A stretch of DNA of 64,000 nt from Patescibacteria group bacterium. GTDB lineage: Bacteria; Patescibacteriota; Patescibacteriia; Buchananbacterales; UBA6539. Positions 31,501-41,910 of the stretch are shown here, in pieces. The stretch is taken from assembly GCA_041649675.1 (NCBI GenBank), contig JBAZMQ010000007.1, positions 2,948 through 66,947 of the forward strand, given 5' to 3'. The translations under genes were made by a program, and so were the position numbers. A model generated the notes under the pieces. It was not told the DNA's origin and searched no databases. It was given only the letters and a program-made list of their open reading frames with translations. Position 1 is the stretch's first letter. The number at the start of each line of letters is the position of its first letter.

Positions 31501-34500
31501 TCAATAAGAATCATACTTTTCCAGCCGAAAAGTATTTTGGCCCAACAAGCCTTGAATTTCGGTTTTAATCTCATCGCCGGCGTTAACTAAAAAGTTAGTC
31601 ATAATTTTTTTGTAACCCAGCTGATTTTTTATTGCCAAAAAAACTTTGTATTTGCCAGGATATTTTTGAAAAATTTCCTTTAATTTTTGGGTTAAGTCAT
31701 TATCCATTTGCGCTGGAATTAAAACATAGACATTGCCCGAAATCAATAATTCCTGATTGCCACTACTTTTTTTTGCAAATGATCTTTTAATATAGCTACT
31801 GCCATTACTGCTCATCAGCTCATACAATTCCCTTAACACTTCGGAAATATTTTGAGTATTTAATTCTTTAGCTTGATTACAAATCAGTTTATTTTCTCCG
31901 TCTTTGTCTGACAAACGACAATTCATTATAATAATTTTATCTTCTTGCCACAAAACCGGATCCGACTTTAAAATTTTTGGAAAGACTAAAACTTCAATCC
32001 CGTTAGTCATGTCTTCAATCCGGACAAAAAGCATTGGCTCACCCTTTTTAGTAATAATTTTTTTGACACTGGTAATAACCCCAGCCACCTGCAAAACTTT
32101 GTCTCGGTCGCTATTATTATTCAAAATTTCTTTAACTGGCGTAATTCGGTTCCGCAATTTTTCGGCAAATTCGGACAAAGGATGAGCCGACACATACAAA
32201 CCCAAAAACTCTTTTTCCCAATTTAATTTCTGCTTATCATCGGCCGGTTCAATTGGATCCAAATTGAGTTTGGGCAAAGCCACGGTCGTTGCCATCATGC
32301 CAAAAAGGCTGGACTGTTTGCTTTCCTGCTCTTGATTGATATTTTTTACAAACACTAAAAGCTTATCCATATTATAAAGTAACTGGTTTCGTTCACCCAA
32401 AAAATCTATGGCGCCGGATTTAATCATGGCTTCAAGAGATTTTTTATTCAAATCTTTAGTTTTTACCCGACTTAAAAAATCTTCCAAATTTTTGAAAGGA
32501 CCATTGGCTCTTCTTTCTTTAATGATTTCTCGGCCAATATTGTCCCCTAAATTTTTAACTGCATTTAAACCAAACCTAATTTTTCGGCTGGTTTTTTCAG
32601 GATTAACTTCTAAAGAATCATAAACAACGGTAAAGGTAGAAAAACTTTCATTAATATCCGGCGGCAAAACTTCAATACCCATTTGCCGGCATTCTTCAAC
32701 TTCAATGGCAATTCGGTCCATATTACCGTGGTCAGAGGTCAAAAGCGAAGCCATAAACTCAGAAGGATAGTAAGCTTTCAAATAAGCAGTCTGGTAGGCA
32801 ATCATGGCATAACAAGCCGCATGGGAACGGTTAAACCCGTAGCGAGCAAACGGCAAAACATAATCCCAAATTTGTTGCGCTATTTTTGGCTTAATCCCGT
32901 TTTTAATCATACCGGAAACCATTTTTTCTTCCTGTTGATGAAGCAACGAGGCAATTTTTTTACCAATCGCTTTACGTAAAACATCGGCTTCACCGTAGGA
33001 AAAACCGGCCAAGACCCGGGCAATTTCCATTAACTGTTCCTGGTAAACAATGATACCGTAAGTATTTTGTAAAACCGGCTCCATTCGCGCATCCAAATAA
33101 GCCACTCTGACCCTACCGTGCTTGGCACCAATATAATCGGGAATAAATTCCATCGGGCCCGGCCGATACAAAGCAACCATGGCAATAATATCTTCTAGCT
33201 CATTTGGCACTAACTGCTTGAGATAGCGACGCATACCCGAACTTTCAAATTGAAATACGCCGGTAGTTTCCGCTCGCTGCAATAACTGAAAAGTTTTTTT
33301 ATCGTTTAAGGGAATTTTATCCATACTGATACTAATTCCTCTGGCTTTTTTCAAAATTTCTAAGGTGTTTTCAATAATGGTTAAATTTTTCAAACCCAGT
33401 AAGTCAATTTTTAATAGCCCCAAATCTTCAACCGAGTGCATCTCATATTGGGAAACAATTTCATTTTCATTTTGATTAGAGCGCTGTCGCGGGATATAAT
33501 TGTCCATGGATTCAGGCGTAACCACAATCCCGCAGGCGTGAGTGGAGGCATGTCGGGCGCAACCTTCCAATTTTTTGGCAATCTCAATTAAACGGCGACC
33601 ATCAGGGTCAACCATAACTTCCTGCAATTCCGGTACGGTATTGATTGATTGTTGCAAAGTCATAAACATCGGAATCATTTTGGCCACCTTGTCACAATAA
33701 GCGTAAGGAATACCCATTACCCGGCCGACATCACGAATAGCGGCCCGAGCGGCCATTGTCCCAAAGGTAATAATTTGAGCGACATGATCATTACCGTATT
33801 TTTCGGCTACATATTTAATTACCTCATCACGCCTGGCATCAGCAAAATCAGAATCAATATCAGGCATAGAAATTCTTTCGGGATTTAAAAACCGTTCAAA
33901 TATCAAATTATATTTCAACGGATCGATGTCGGTAATATTTAACAAAAAAGCCACCAAACTACCAGCAGCCGAACCACGTCCCGGCCCGACGACAATTTCG
34001 TTATTTTTTGCCCAATTAATAAAATCCGCAACGATTAAAAAGTAAGAAGCAAAACCGGTTTTTTTAATGATATCCAATTCATAGTCAAGCCGTTTCTTTA
34101 TTTCCGCCGAAATATTAGCTGTCCCGTAGCGCCGTTCTAAACCTGCCTGACACAACTCAGCTAAATAATCCGTGTCAGTTTTACCGCTAGGCACAGTAAA
34201 ATTAGGCAATAATATTTTATGCAGTTTTAAATCAAGATTACATTTCTCCGCCACGGCCAGGGTGTTTGAAATAACTTCAGGATATTGAGACCAAAACTGC
34301 TTCATACTGTCTTGGGAATGAAAAGAAAAATCTTCACCCATGTAAGACATCCGGTCAGTATCGGCCAAAGTTTTTTTGGTTTGGATGCAAAGCAAAACAT
34401 CTTGAGCGTAATCATCATCGCTGTTTAAATAATGGACGTCATTGGTGGCCACCACGTCAATATTTAATTTTTTCCCCAAAGCCAGAATTTTTTCATTTAC

Positions 34501-35055
34501 CTCTTTTTGCTTGGGAATATTGGGATGATATTGAACTTCCAGATAGTAATTACCCACACCAAAGATCTGTTGATATTTCATGGCCATCTCTTCGGCCTTG
34601 GCTTCGTCGCTATTTAAAAAATGCCGCGCAATTTCGCCCTGAAGACAAGCGGACAAACCAATTAAACCCTCGTGATACTTTTCCAAAAGCTCCAAATCAA
34701 TCCTGGGTTTATAATAAAAACCATCGAGATGGGCGATGGTAGTTAATTTTATTAAATTCCGGTAACCAATTTCGTCCTTGGCTAATAAAACCAAATGGTA
34801 CGGGCTGTCATCAATTCTTGGCCGCTTGTTAGTATGGCCGTTTCGGGCAACGTAAGCTTCAACCCCTAAAATCGGTTTGATTCCCGCTTTCTTGGCTTTT
34901 TGATAAAACTCGATGGCGCCATACATTACGCCATGGTCAGTTAAAGCCATAGCAGGCATACCTAATTGTTTGGCCTTTTTAACTAAATCATCAATTTTGG
35001 CTAAACCGTCAAGCAACGAATAATGCGAGTGAACATGCAGATGGACAAAAGACAT
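31501..35055 (-). CDS. dnaE: DNA polymerase III alpha subunit
   Basis: PHP domain start MSFVHLHVHSHYSLLDG; polymerase core; OB fold; ORF-track start 35139 is an upstream GTG. Confidence 0.9.
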   Translation of the reverse strand: MSFVHLHVHSHYSLLDGLAKIDDLVKKAKQLGMPAMALTDHGVMYGAIEFYQKAKKAGIKPILGVEAYVARNGHTNKRPRIDDSPYHLVLLAKDEIGYRNLIKLTTIAHLDGFYYKPRIDLELLEKYHEGLIGLSACLQGEIARHFLNSDEAKAEEMAMKYQQIFGVGNYYLEVQYHPNIPKQKEVNEKILALGKKLNIDVVATNDVHYLNSDDDYAQDVLLCIQTKKTLADTDRMSYMGEDFSFHSQDSMKQFWSQYPEVISNTLAVAEKCNLDLKLHKILLPNFTVPSGKTDTDYLAELCQAGLERRYGTANISAEIKKRLDYELDIIKKTGFASYFLIVADFINWAKNNEIVVGPGRGSAAGSLVAFLLNITDIDPLKYNLIFERFLNPERISMPDIDSDFADARRDEVIKYVAEKYGNDHVAQIITFGTMAARAAIRDVGRVMGIPYAYCDKVAKMIPMFMTLQQSINTVPELQEVMVDPDGRRLIEIAKKLEGCARHASTHACGIVVTPESMDNYIPRQRSNQNENEIVSQYEMHSVEDLGLLKIDLLGLKNLTIIENTLEILKKARGISISMDKIPLNDKKTFQLLQRAETTGVFQFESSGMRRYLKQLVPNELEDIIAMVALYRPGPMEFIPDYIGAKHGRVRVAYLDARMEPVLQNTYGIIVYQEQLMEIARVLAGFSYGEADVLRKAIGKKIASLLHQQEEKMVSGMIKNGIKPKIAQQIWDYVLPFARYGFNRSHAACYAMIAYQTAYLKAYYPSEFMASLLTSDHGNMDRIAIEVEECRQMGIEVLPPDINESFSTFTVVYDSLEVNPEKTSRKIRFGLNAVKNLGDNIGREIIKERRANGPFKNLEDFLSRVKTKDLNKKSLEAMIKSGAIDFLGERNQLLYNMDKLLVFVKNINQEQESKQSSLFGMMATTVALPKLNLDPIEPADDKQKLNWEKEFLGLYVSAHPLSEFAEKLRNRITPVKEILNNNSDRDKVLQVAGVITSVKKIITKKGEPMLFVRIEDMTNGIEVLVFPKILKSDPVLWQEDKIIIMNCRLSDKDGENKLICNQAKELNTQNISEVLRELYELMSSNGSSYIKRSFAKKSSGNQELLISGNVYVLIPAQMDNDLTQKLKEIFQKYPGKYKVFLAIKNQLGYKKIMTNFLVNAGDEIKTEIQGLLGQNTFRLEKYDSY

Positions 35056-35262
35056 AAACTTTATAAAATATTTAGCCGCCGGATTAAATCCAAGGCGATC
35101 AAGGAAAGCAAGCTCCCCTGTTAAATAAATTCTAAGCACTAAATCCTAAATTCCAAACAAATTCTAATTTCCAAACACCAAATCCTAAACGTTTAAAACA
35201 TTAAAATTTCTGATTTATTATTTGTTTAGAATTTAGATATTAGGATTTCGGATTTTACCTAG

Positions 35263-35559
35263 CTACTTCTTTTTCTTCTTACTACTCGCCTTGCCTTGCT
35301 TCTCCATCAAAAACCCTACCAATTTAATAGCCGAATCGGCAACGACTGACATATGATTAGAACCTTTCTCCAATTTGTCGTGAACTAATTTCAAAATATT
35401 ATCAACTAATTCCAATTTTTCGCGAACGCTAATGGTCATTTTACTAAAATTCTTCAACATTACGACAACATAGTAAAGCGCCCAGCAAACAAAAACGGTC
35501 AGCCATAAAATGGCGAAGGCAATGATGATGAATAAAAGGTCTTTTGATGTTTCAAGCAT
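35263..35559 (-). CDS. small membrane protein, Lys-rich tail
   Basis: one or two TM helices, KKKKK C-terminus. Confidence 0.45.
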   Translation of the reverse strand: MLETSKDLLFIIIAFAILWLTVFVCWALYYVVVMLKNFSKMTISVREKLELVDNILKLVHDKLEKGSNHMSVVADSAIKLVGFLMEKQGKASSKKKKK

Positions 35560-35631
35560 AATTTTAGCTGTTAGCTGTTAGCTTATAGCTTGTAGGCCCC
35601 TCCCTAAAAGCTATAAGCTAAAAGCTCTAAG
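35560..35631. repeat. palindromic 'agct' repeat element, copy B
   Basis: shares tagctgttagcttatagctt with 18394..18472; imperfect palindrome around ccctccc centre. Confidence 0.6.
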
Positions 35632-38007
35632 CTACCTCAACTTGGCATCAAACTTTTCTGCCAACTTCTTGATCAAATCAGAAATTATATCATCAACTTC
35701 TTGAGCCTTTAAAGTTTTTTGGCTTGAACGAAAAGTCACGCGAAAAGCCAAACTCTTTTTGTTTGTCTCAAGCTCTTTACCAACAAAAGTATTAAGATAT
35801 TCAACCCCAACAATAATTTTATTAAATTGGCTGACTAATTGATTAATTTCTTGCCAGGCAAGCTTGGCATCAATAATAATAGCTAGATCGCGACTAACAC
35901 TGGGAAATTCCGGCAACGGCTGATAGGCCCTAACCGTGGTGGCAAATTTTATCAGTTGCAAAAAATCAAAATCAAACAAAGCCACGGCTTTAGTTATACC
36001 GAAATTATCCAAAATATCTTGTTTAATCAAACCAAATTGGCCAACGTAGTTTTCATCAATATAAATATCTAAAGCGCGATTGACTTGCCAAAGCGGACAA
36101 TTTTGATCCGTTAGCTTTAATTCGTACTGACCAATACCCATTTTTTTCAAAAGTAACTCAACGGTACCTTTGGCGACAAAAAAAGAATTATTAGAATTAG
36201 TTACAATGGCGCCGCTTAATTTCAAAATTTCAGCTGGCAGCTCGTTTTGGCCTTTTGGCAAATAGACGTTGCTCAGTTCAAAAATATTTAATTCGGAAAA
36301 ATTATTAATATTATCCGAAATATTTTGTAAAATTCCTGACATCAAGGTCGTACGCATCATTGTCATTTCTTCGTTTAACGGATTGGCAATAGCCAACATT
36401 TTACCTAAGTTGAATTTGGTTTTGGCTAAAAACTTTTCTGAAACCATTGAATAGTTATAAACCTCACAAAAACCCAAACCACTCAAACAATTTTTAGCCA
36501 GACTTTCCCAAAGAAATACCGGATCCTTCGTTTGGACCGGAATTTGGCCAGTTGGCAGATGAGTCGGTAAATTATGATAACCATAAATTCTAGCCACCTC
36601 TTCAGTTAAATCATAATCATAAACGACATCACCGGCTCGCCACCAAGGCACAGTTACGGTTAGAGTTTTTGTCCCCACAGCGGTAAAACCCAATGACTGT
36701 AAAATCTTTTTTATCTGCCCTAAAGAAATTTTAACACCCAGATGTTTTTTGATAATTGAGGTATCAAACTTGATTTTCTGATTTCTGATTTCTGATTTCT
36801 GACTATCAACGATTTGACTGGCCACTTTGCCGCCGGCAATTTCCTGGGTCAGCTCAATGGCTCGTAAAATCCCAACCATGGCACTATGGGGTTGCAAACC
36901 TTTTTCAAATAAATCAGACGAATCGGAACGTAAATTTATTTCCCTAACAGTTTTACGAGTTAAAACCGGATCAAAAATCGCCGCCTCAAAAATGATAGTT
37001 TTGGTCTTTTCGGTCGCAGCCGACTCCTCGCCGCCCATAATACCGGCAATAGCAACTGGCACTTTGCTGTCAGCAATCACTAAATGGTTAGTTTTTAAAT
37101 CATAAGTTTTGCCATCAAGGGCTAAAATCTTTTCACCAGCTTTAGCTTGCCGAACAATGATTTTATTACCATTAATTTTATCGTAATCAAAAACATGAAG
37201 CGGCCGACCGTACTCCAATTGAATATAATTAGTAATATCCACTAAATTATTAATCGGCCTGAGGCCGGAAGCCAAAAGGCGCAATTGCAACCAATGCGGC
37301 GATGGCCCGACTTTAACCTCGGTCATGACCACGCCTAAATAACGCGAACATAATTTTGGTTCTTTGACTTCCACGGTCAAAGGTAATTTATTAATAACTT
37401 TCAAATTTGGTTTTGGCTCTTGCCAATTTAATTTTATACTCAAAGCCGCTGCGGCTTCCCGGGCTAAACCAACCACCGACATCGCATCGGGCCGATTGGA
37501 AGTGATTTCCACGTCAAAAATATAATCCGGACCAATGACTTCAGCTAATGGCTTGCCCACCGGCGTGTTATCAGACAAAATCATAATACCGGTATGATCT
37601 TGACCTAAACCCAATTCTTTTTGCGAACACAGCATACCTTGGCTTTCCACACCCCTGATTTTTGCCGCCGTAACAATCCAGGTTTCATCTTCTTTGTCCG
37701 GACTTTTGACTTCCGCGCCGATTTGGGCAAAGGGCACAATTTGACCAGGCAAAATGTTTAGTGCACCACAAACAACGGTTAATTTTTCTTTACCGGTATC
37801 AATTGTGACTAATTTTAATTTATCAGCATTGGGATGTTTGGTGATTTCTAAAATTTTTGCCGTAATAATATTTTTAAAACTCGGCGCGACAGTTTCAATT
37901 CGCTCCACGCTCATGCCCTTTAAAGACAATTCCTTGGCCACGTCAAAAACCGACTGGTTAGTCTTTAAATACTCCTTGAACCAATTGTAGGAAATTTTTA
38001 GATTCAT
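35632..38007 (-). CDS. pheT: phenylalanyl-tRNA synthetase beta subunit
   Basis: N-terminal tRNA-binding domain, B3/B4, B5, FDX-ACB domains. Confidence 0.9.
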   Translation of the reverse strand: MNLKISYNWFKEYLKTNQSVFDVAKELSLKGMSVERIETVAPSFKNIITAKILEITKHPNADKLKLVTIDTGKEKLTVVCGALNILPGQIVPFAQIGAEVKSPDKEDETWIVTAAKIRGVESQGMLCSQKELGLGQDHTGIMILSDNTPVGKPLAEVIGPDYIFDVEITSNRPDAMSVVGLAREAAAALSIKLNWQEPKPNLKVINKLPLTVEVKEPKLCSRYLGVVMTEVKVGPSPHWLQLRLLASGLRPINNLVDITNYIQLEYGRPLHVFDYDKINGNKIIVRQAKAGEKILALDGKTYDLKTNHLVIADSKVPVAIAGIMGGEESAATEKTKTIIFEAAIFDPVLTRKTVREINLRSDSSDLFEKGLQPHSAMVGILRAIELTQEIAGGKVASQIVDSQKSEIRNQKIKFDTSIIKKHLGVKISLGQIKKILQSLGFTAVGTKTLTVTVPWWRAGDVVYDYDLTEEVARIYGYHNLPTHLPTGQIPVQTKDPVFLWESLAKNCLSGLGFCEVYNYSMVSEKFLAKTKFNLGKMLAIANPLNEEMTMMRTTLMSGILQNISDNINNFSELNIFELSNVYLPKGQNELPAEILKLSGAIVTNSNNSFFVAKGTVELLLKKMGIGQYELKLTDQNCPLWQVNRALDIYIDENYVGQFGLIKQDILDNFGITKAVALFDFDFLQLIKFATTVRAYQPLPEFPSVSRDLAIIIDAKLAWQEINQLVSQFNKIIVGVEYLNTFVGKELETNKKSLAFRVTFRSSQKTLKAQEVDDIISDLIKKLAEKFDAKLR
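36770..36803. repeat. in-frame heptamer repeat (tgatttc x4) inside pheT, encoding SEIRNQK
   Basis: directly visible; translation QKSEIRNQKIKF. Confidence 0.6.
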
Positions 38008-38036
38008 CTGTGCTAGTTAATAAGTAAGTCATTTCG

Positions 38037-38156
38037 AGTCCCGCTTCCCAGCTCACTTAAGGCACGGGACGAGAAATCTCACATATTTGTTAATAATTTA
38101 TAGTATAATGAGATTTCTCCCTTCCATTAATTTTGCTTAAACACGGTCGAAATGAC
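38037..38156. repeat. MITE-like element, family 'GTCATTTCGA' copy B (inverted relative to copy A), in the pheS-pheT gap
   Basis: gtcatttcgagtcccg..cgggacgagaaatctcacat..atgagatttctccc..gtcgaaatgac; reverse complement colinear with 29984..30101. Confidence 0.65.
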
Positions 38157-38165
38157 AGGAAAAAA

Positions 38166-39197
38166 TTAAAATTGATTTAAAAATCTCAAATCGTTTTGAT
38201 AAAGCATCCGAATATCGGGAATACTCAAACCGGCTTTCATTAAATAACAGCGCTCCACGCCCCAACCAAAAGCAAAACCGGAATATTTTTTGGGATCAAT
38301 ACCGCCGGCTTTCAAAACATTGGGATGAACCATACCCGCGCCGCCGATTTCCACCCAGCCGGATTTACATAATTTGCAACCTTTGCCCTTGCAAACCCCA
38401 CAAGTCACGTCAACTTCAAAACTGGGTTCGGTGAACTGAAAATGAAACGGCCGAATCCGCGCTTGCCTATCCGGACCGAAAAACTGCTTGGCGAAATAAT
38501 CTAGTGTGCCTTTTAAATCGGCAATGCTAATGTCTTTATCAATTAACAAACCTTCAAACTGGTGAAACATTGGCGCGTGCGAAGCATCAATTTGTCGGCG
38601 GAAACATTTGGAAATATTAGTCATTCTAATCGGTAATTGTTTTTTTTCCATTTCCCGAACCTGGCCCGAGGAAGTGTGCGGCGTCAAAACTCGCTGACCC
38701 TTTGACCCAACCGGTGTTTTATCAATAAAAAAAGTTTCCCATTCATCACGAGCCGGATGGTTAGGTGGCATATTCAAAGATTCAAAAGCGTACCAATCCC
38801 ATTCAACTTCGGGATAACGGCGCCGGACAAAACCAATGCGTTCAAAGATCTCGGCAATTTCGGTAATTGCTTGGGTTAACAAATGTAAGTGACCTTCGGC
38901 TAACTTAATGCCAGGTAACGTGACATCAAAAAAATCTTGGTTGGTATTTTCCGCTTTTAGCAAGTTTCTTTTTTCCGTAATGGCTAGTTCAATTTCTTTT
39001 TTTAAAACATTAGCTAAACCACCGATCTCGCGACGTTCGGTTTCTGACAAATCTTTGAGATTACGCAAAATATCAGTTAAAACACCAGCCTTACGGCCCA
39101 GATAATCAACTTCTAATTTTTCCAAATCGTCTAAATTAGAGACTTGACTGATTGCCTGAGTAAATTGGGTTTTGATCTGCAAAAGTTTTTCGTTCAT
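38166..39197 (-). CDS. pheS: phenylalanyl-tRNA synthetase alpha subunit
   Basis: class II motifs; Firmicutes-like Zn-ribbon insertion CGVCKGKGCKLC. Confidence 0.9.
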   Translation of the reverse strand: MNEKLLQIKTQFTQAISQVSNLDDLEKLEVDYLGRKAGVLTDILRNLKDLSETERREIGGLANVLKKEIELAITEKRNLLKAENTNQDFFDVTLPGIKLAEGHLHLLTQAITEIAEIFERIGFVRRRYPEVEWDWYAFESLNMPPNHPARDEWETFFIDKTPVGSKGQRVLTPHTSSGQVREMEKKQLPIRMTNISKCFRRQIDASHAPMFHQFEGLLIDKDISIADLKGTLDYFAKQFFGPDRQARIRPFHFQFTEPSFEVDVTCGVCKGKGCKLCKSGWVEIGGAGMVHPNVLKAGGIDPKKYSGFAFGWGVERCYLMKAGLSIPDIRMLYQNDLRFLNQF

Positions 39198-39290
39198 ACC
39201 CGGTAATAGTCCCGCCTTTTTTATGTTTGAAAAATTGCGGGAAAGTTTTATTAATTATTTCATATTTATCCCAATAGTAACCCTGAATAA

Positions 39291-39701
39291 TTAAATGGCG
39301 GGATCACTACCGGGATAAGTATTTCTTTGCTTTTGGGTAGAGATAAAGAAAAATTCTAAAAGCGCCAGGACTAAGACTAACAGTAAAAAATTCCACCAAC
39401 GCAGTAAACCTTGAGTTTTTAATAGCGCCCAACCTAGAACAATTACACTAAACATAATGGCATGACGAAGCGAAATTCTAATTCGATAAAGCAGCAACTG
39501 ATCTTTGCCAATTTTAGTTTTTATTGAATTGATAATTAAAAATAACAAACCACTCAGGCCCAAAAATAGGGTCAAATAAAAAATCGTAAACCCGGCAATA
39601 CCCGCCTGGCTTGGATCAAAATAAAAAATCACCATTCCCCAGGCCAACCAGGCTAAAATGGTACCAGCGATAACTAATAATAAAAAAACTCTAAAGCTCA
39701 T
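39291..39701 (-). CDS. hypothetical 4-TM membrane protein
   Basis: hydrophobicity pattern. Confidence 0.5.
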   Translation of the reverse strand: MSFRVFLLLVIAGTILAWLAWGMVIFYFDPSQAGIAGFTIFYLTLFLGLSGLLFLIINSIKTKIGKDQLLLYRIRISLRHAIMFSVIVLGWALLKTQGLLRWWNFLLLVLVLALLEFFFISTQKQRNTYPGSDPAI

Positions 39702-39756
39702 GCTGCTTTAATTATAACACGATGATGGCTCAGGGGCAAATAAGCTTTAATCAAGG

Positions 39757-41277
39757 TTATTCCCTAAAAACAATGGCTTGGTAAGAAAAGACTTTGGTTT
39801 CAGAATCAGTGAAACAGTTTGGTTTAAGTCCGCCTTTAAGGCAAAGACTGGTAAAAAAATCACTGGAATTAGCCACCTCTTGCCAAACCTGGGGCAAATA
39901 AGTCGCGCCGCGGCTACCATTTTGTAAAACTGTACCTAATTTATTCTTGGTAATATTGTCAATCGTGTCCGGTTGAGGCACACTTAAAATTGAAATTTCA
40001 ATTTCTATGTCTTTAAGTTCGTCACTGGTAACCGGATTAAACCGTGAATCGTGCAAAGCAGCAGAAATTGCATTGTCCATGATTGCCTCAAGCAAAGGCT
40101 TAATCGGTTCAATATACCCAATGCAGCCACGCAAACTGCCATTCTTATTTAAAGTCACAAACACTCCCCGCTTGGCTAAAAACTTGGGATTGATATTTTT
40201 GGGCTGATTTATTTTGCCCGTCTTAAAATACTGTTCAAGGGTTGTTCTGGCAAGCTGGAGCAATTCCGTTTTTTCGGTTTGACTATATTCATCACTACTG
40301 TTTTCTGTTCTCTGATCTCTGTTCTCTGTTTTCTGTTCTCTGATTTCTCCATAGAATCCAATCGCTCCATACCCCACCACCGAGGATTCATCACCTGTCA
40401 CATCGCCCGAAGTCGCATGCTTTAAGAGCTTAGGTTGCCAACCATTTTGCCGCGCTAATGCCAAAACCGACGACACGACCCAGGGCGCATCAATTTCATC
40501 ATCCAAAATCTCCTGATTGTTTAAATCCAAGATATGGTCAATTGATTGTTGATCCAGAGCCAGAGCTTGATTCTGCGGATGATAATGAGACATATCAACA
40601 CTAACAACCAAAACAGTTTGCGAAGCCAAATACTTATTTAAGACTGAAACGAAATTTGAACGCTGGTTAGCGTCTAATTGCCCAACAATAATTGGCACAA
40701 TTTCAACCCCGGGAATAACAGTTTGTAAAAACGGCACCTCAATTTCCAAAGCATGCTCGGGCTGGTGAACTTGTTCGCTGACGGTAAAGTCATTTTCTTT
40801 AGCTAAGGCTTGGTTGATATCAGAAACTTTAACTAAACCTAAAGGCGTTTGCCAGAAATCAGCGGCTGACAAATACAAACCCAAAATCGGAAAATGATGC
40901 GACGGACCAATAATAATTGCCTGCTTAACACCGGAGTTAAGCAGCTGTTTAAAACTGTAAGCAGCCACTGAACCGGAATATTCCAACCCGGCATGAGGCA
41001 CAATCAAAATTCTGGGCACACCACCGGCAGGATCCTGGGGTACGGCCGCTAGAAATTTATCAATCAACGAACTTAACTCTGCCTTACCGGCCGGATAAAA
41101 GCTGCCCGCTACTGCCGACTGACGGGTAATTTCTTTTTTGGTCATATTATTATCTTTATTTTGATTAAATTTATTAAAGCCAAATGATTGATGTTCAAAA
41201 TCCAAAGTCAAAACAACGATAAAAAGTATAGCTAAGGCAGAAATAATTAAAAGAAAGAATAAATATTTTTTAACCAT
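39757..41277 (-). CDS. membrane-anchored fusion: Memo-like (AmmeMemoRadiSam system protein B) + AMMECR1 domain (protein A)
   Basis: N-terminal TM; LIVPHAGLEYSG Memo motif; C-terminal LRGCIGY AMMECR1 motif; linker encoded by heptamer repeats. Confidence 0.75.
   Translation of the reverse strand: MVKKYLFFLLIISALAILFIVVLTLDFEHQSFGFNKFNQNKDNNMTKKEITRQSAVAGSFYPAGKAELSSLIDKFLAAVPQDPAGGVPRILIVPHAGLEYSGSVAAYSFKQLLNSGVKQAIIIGPSHHFPILGLYLSAADFWQTPLGLVKVSDINQALAKENDFTVSEQVHQPEHALEIEVPFLQTVIPGVEIVPIIVGQLDANQRSNFVSVLNKYLASQTVLVVSVDMSHYHPQNQALALDQQSIDHILDLNNQEILDDEIDAPWVVSSVLALARQNGWQPKLLKHATSGDVTGDESSVVGYGAIGFYGEIREQKTENRDQRTENSSDEYSQTEKTELLQLARTTLEQYFKTGKINQPKNINPKFLAKRGVFVTLNKNGSLRGCIGYIEPIKPLLEAIMDNAISAALHDSRFNPVTSDELKDIEIEISILSVPQPDTIDNITKNKLGTVLQNGSRGATYLPQVWQEVANSSDFFTSLCLKGGLKPNCFTDSETKVFSYQAIVFRE
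40298..40350. repeat. in-frame heptamer repeat (ctgtt[tc]t units, about 7 copies) encoding EIREQKTENRDQRTEN linker
   Basis: directly visible. Confidence 0.6.
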
Positions 41278-41375
41278 AACCTATTGACAAAAATGATAAT
41301 TAATACTAAGATACAAAGCTGAAAATAAGGTAGTAATAACAGAAGAAAACTGAACCCAAATAGGAGGACAAAACG

Positions 41376-41858
41376 ATGACGACGGTACCAACAACAGCTA
41401 TAGAGCTCTTTCAAAAGTATCCTTGGTTGCGATCAAATCAGATCAAGGCCACGCCAGAAAACATTACGGACAGAAATTTTAACGAGCTGCTCTGCAGTCC
41501 CGAGACTGCCGAGTACGTCTTTAATGACCTGCAAGGAATGTATGGTCAGCCGGATAACGGCATGGCCAGAACAATCTGGCTGAAGTTTAAGTCGGTTGCT
41601 GCACCGCTTAAAATCGCCGAGATTGGTGTTCACGATTCCCCCCCCAAGAAGCTGGGGAATATAATCCTGCACAGCCAAGCCTGGCAACAAACCCCTGATG
41701 AAGCCAAAAATGCAGTGGCAGCCTTGGCGCTGATCACCACTCTTCGTGCAGTGCCTCTGCATGTAACGGTTATTGAAGTTGAAGACAATTTTGAAGAAAT
41801 GCTGAATCTCTGGGATCAGCTCCAGGGAAGAAAGCTACCTCCGGATTTCACCGACTAA
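41376..41858 (+). CDS. hypothetical protein (GC-richer)
   Basis: ORF with terminator immediately downstream. Confidence 0.5.
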   Translation: MTTVPTTAIELFQKYPWLRSNQIKATPENITDRNFNELLCSPETAEYVFNDLQGMYGQPDNGMARTIWLKFKSVAAPLKIAEIGVHDSPPKKLGNIILHSQAWQQTPDEAKNAVAALALITTLRAVPLHVTVIEVEDNFEEMLNLWDQLQGRKLPPDFTD

Positions 41859-41870
41859 CGAACAACCACA

Positions 41871-41903
41871 CCTTAAGGTCAAAGATCTTAAGGTCTTTTT
41901 TTT
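41871..41903 (+). terminator. rho-independent terminator
   Basis: ccttaag-N9-cttaagg stem plus T10. Confidence 0.6.
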
Positions 41904-41910
41904 AAAAAAA

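Noticed and set aside
31501-35139. Possible intein or large insertion in DnaE (ORF track gives 1212 aa)
   Set aside because: The extra length is an upstream GTG-initiated extension; the canonical MSFVHLHVHSHYS PHP-domain start at 35055 gives about 1184 aa with no intein-like block
38166-39197. Cys4 insertion in PheS as a novel feature
   Set aside because: The same C-x2-C-x4-C-x2-C zinc knuckle occurs at this position in Firmicutes-type PheS, so it is lineage-typical rather than novel
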